Part shown: positions 63,763 through 64,000 of the stretch, piece after piece
Layout: the number at the start of each line of letters is the position of its first letter
How positions within the stretch are numbered: the stretch's first letter is position 1
DNA from: Lingula anatina
Taxonomy: Eukaryota > Animalia > Brachiopoda
NCBI GenBank assembly: GCA_051362555.1
Contig: CM120643.1
Location: 23,626,848-23,690,847, forward strand
Length of the DNA stretch: 64,000 nt
Direction of reading: 5' to 3'
The notes under the pieces: generated by a model
Seen by the model: only the letters and a program-made list of their open reading frames with translations
Told to the model about the DNA's origin: nothing
Databases searched by the model: none
Made by a program: the position numbers and the translations under genes

Positions 63763-64000
63763 ATAATTAAAATATAAAGGTCAGTCAGTTAAAATATTAA
63801 CCTCACGTTACCTGGAGGTCTGCTATGGAAATCTTGAGGATGGGAAGGTCAAGAGGGAAATTTCTGACTTAATTCCAAACTGTGGTTCACATTCCCAAAA
63901 TAAGGTGCCAGTGACATTGAAAGCTACTTAAATACAATTTAGAGTGATGTTTTAGTATTCTAGTAAAATGATGTGCCACATAATATCATAGCAATTATTT

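Overview
AT-rich animal genomic DNA with spliceosomal GT-AG introns, microsatellites and many small DNA-transposon derivatives. It most likely comes from a marine lophotrochozoan such as a mollusc (inferred from gene and repeat content). Gene order: 3' end of an LSM14/RAP55 gene (+); a 9-exon SLC43-family MFS transporter (+); a ~1.5 kb foldback whose 579-bp arms carry promoter-like motifs and an ATG|GTAAG; a small secreted single-DUF4174 protein (+); four tandem opine dehydrogenase genes of the octopine/tauropine DH family (-); and the 5' part of an RNF31/HOIP (LUBEL-like) gene (+) that runs off the window. The opine dehydrogenase array is the most interesting part. Each CDS is a single uninterrupted exon behind a 5'-UTR intron. 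The substrate-binding loops differ between copies. One copy has Asn in place of the catalytic Asp. The two youngest copies come from a duplication that seems to exclude the first exon and promoter, so they may be alternative whole-CDS terminal exons. Exon boundaries, repeat ends and identities were read by eye; no alignment or database search was run.
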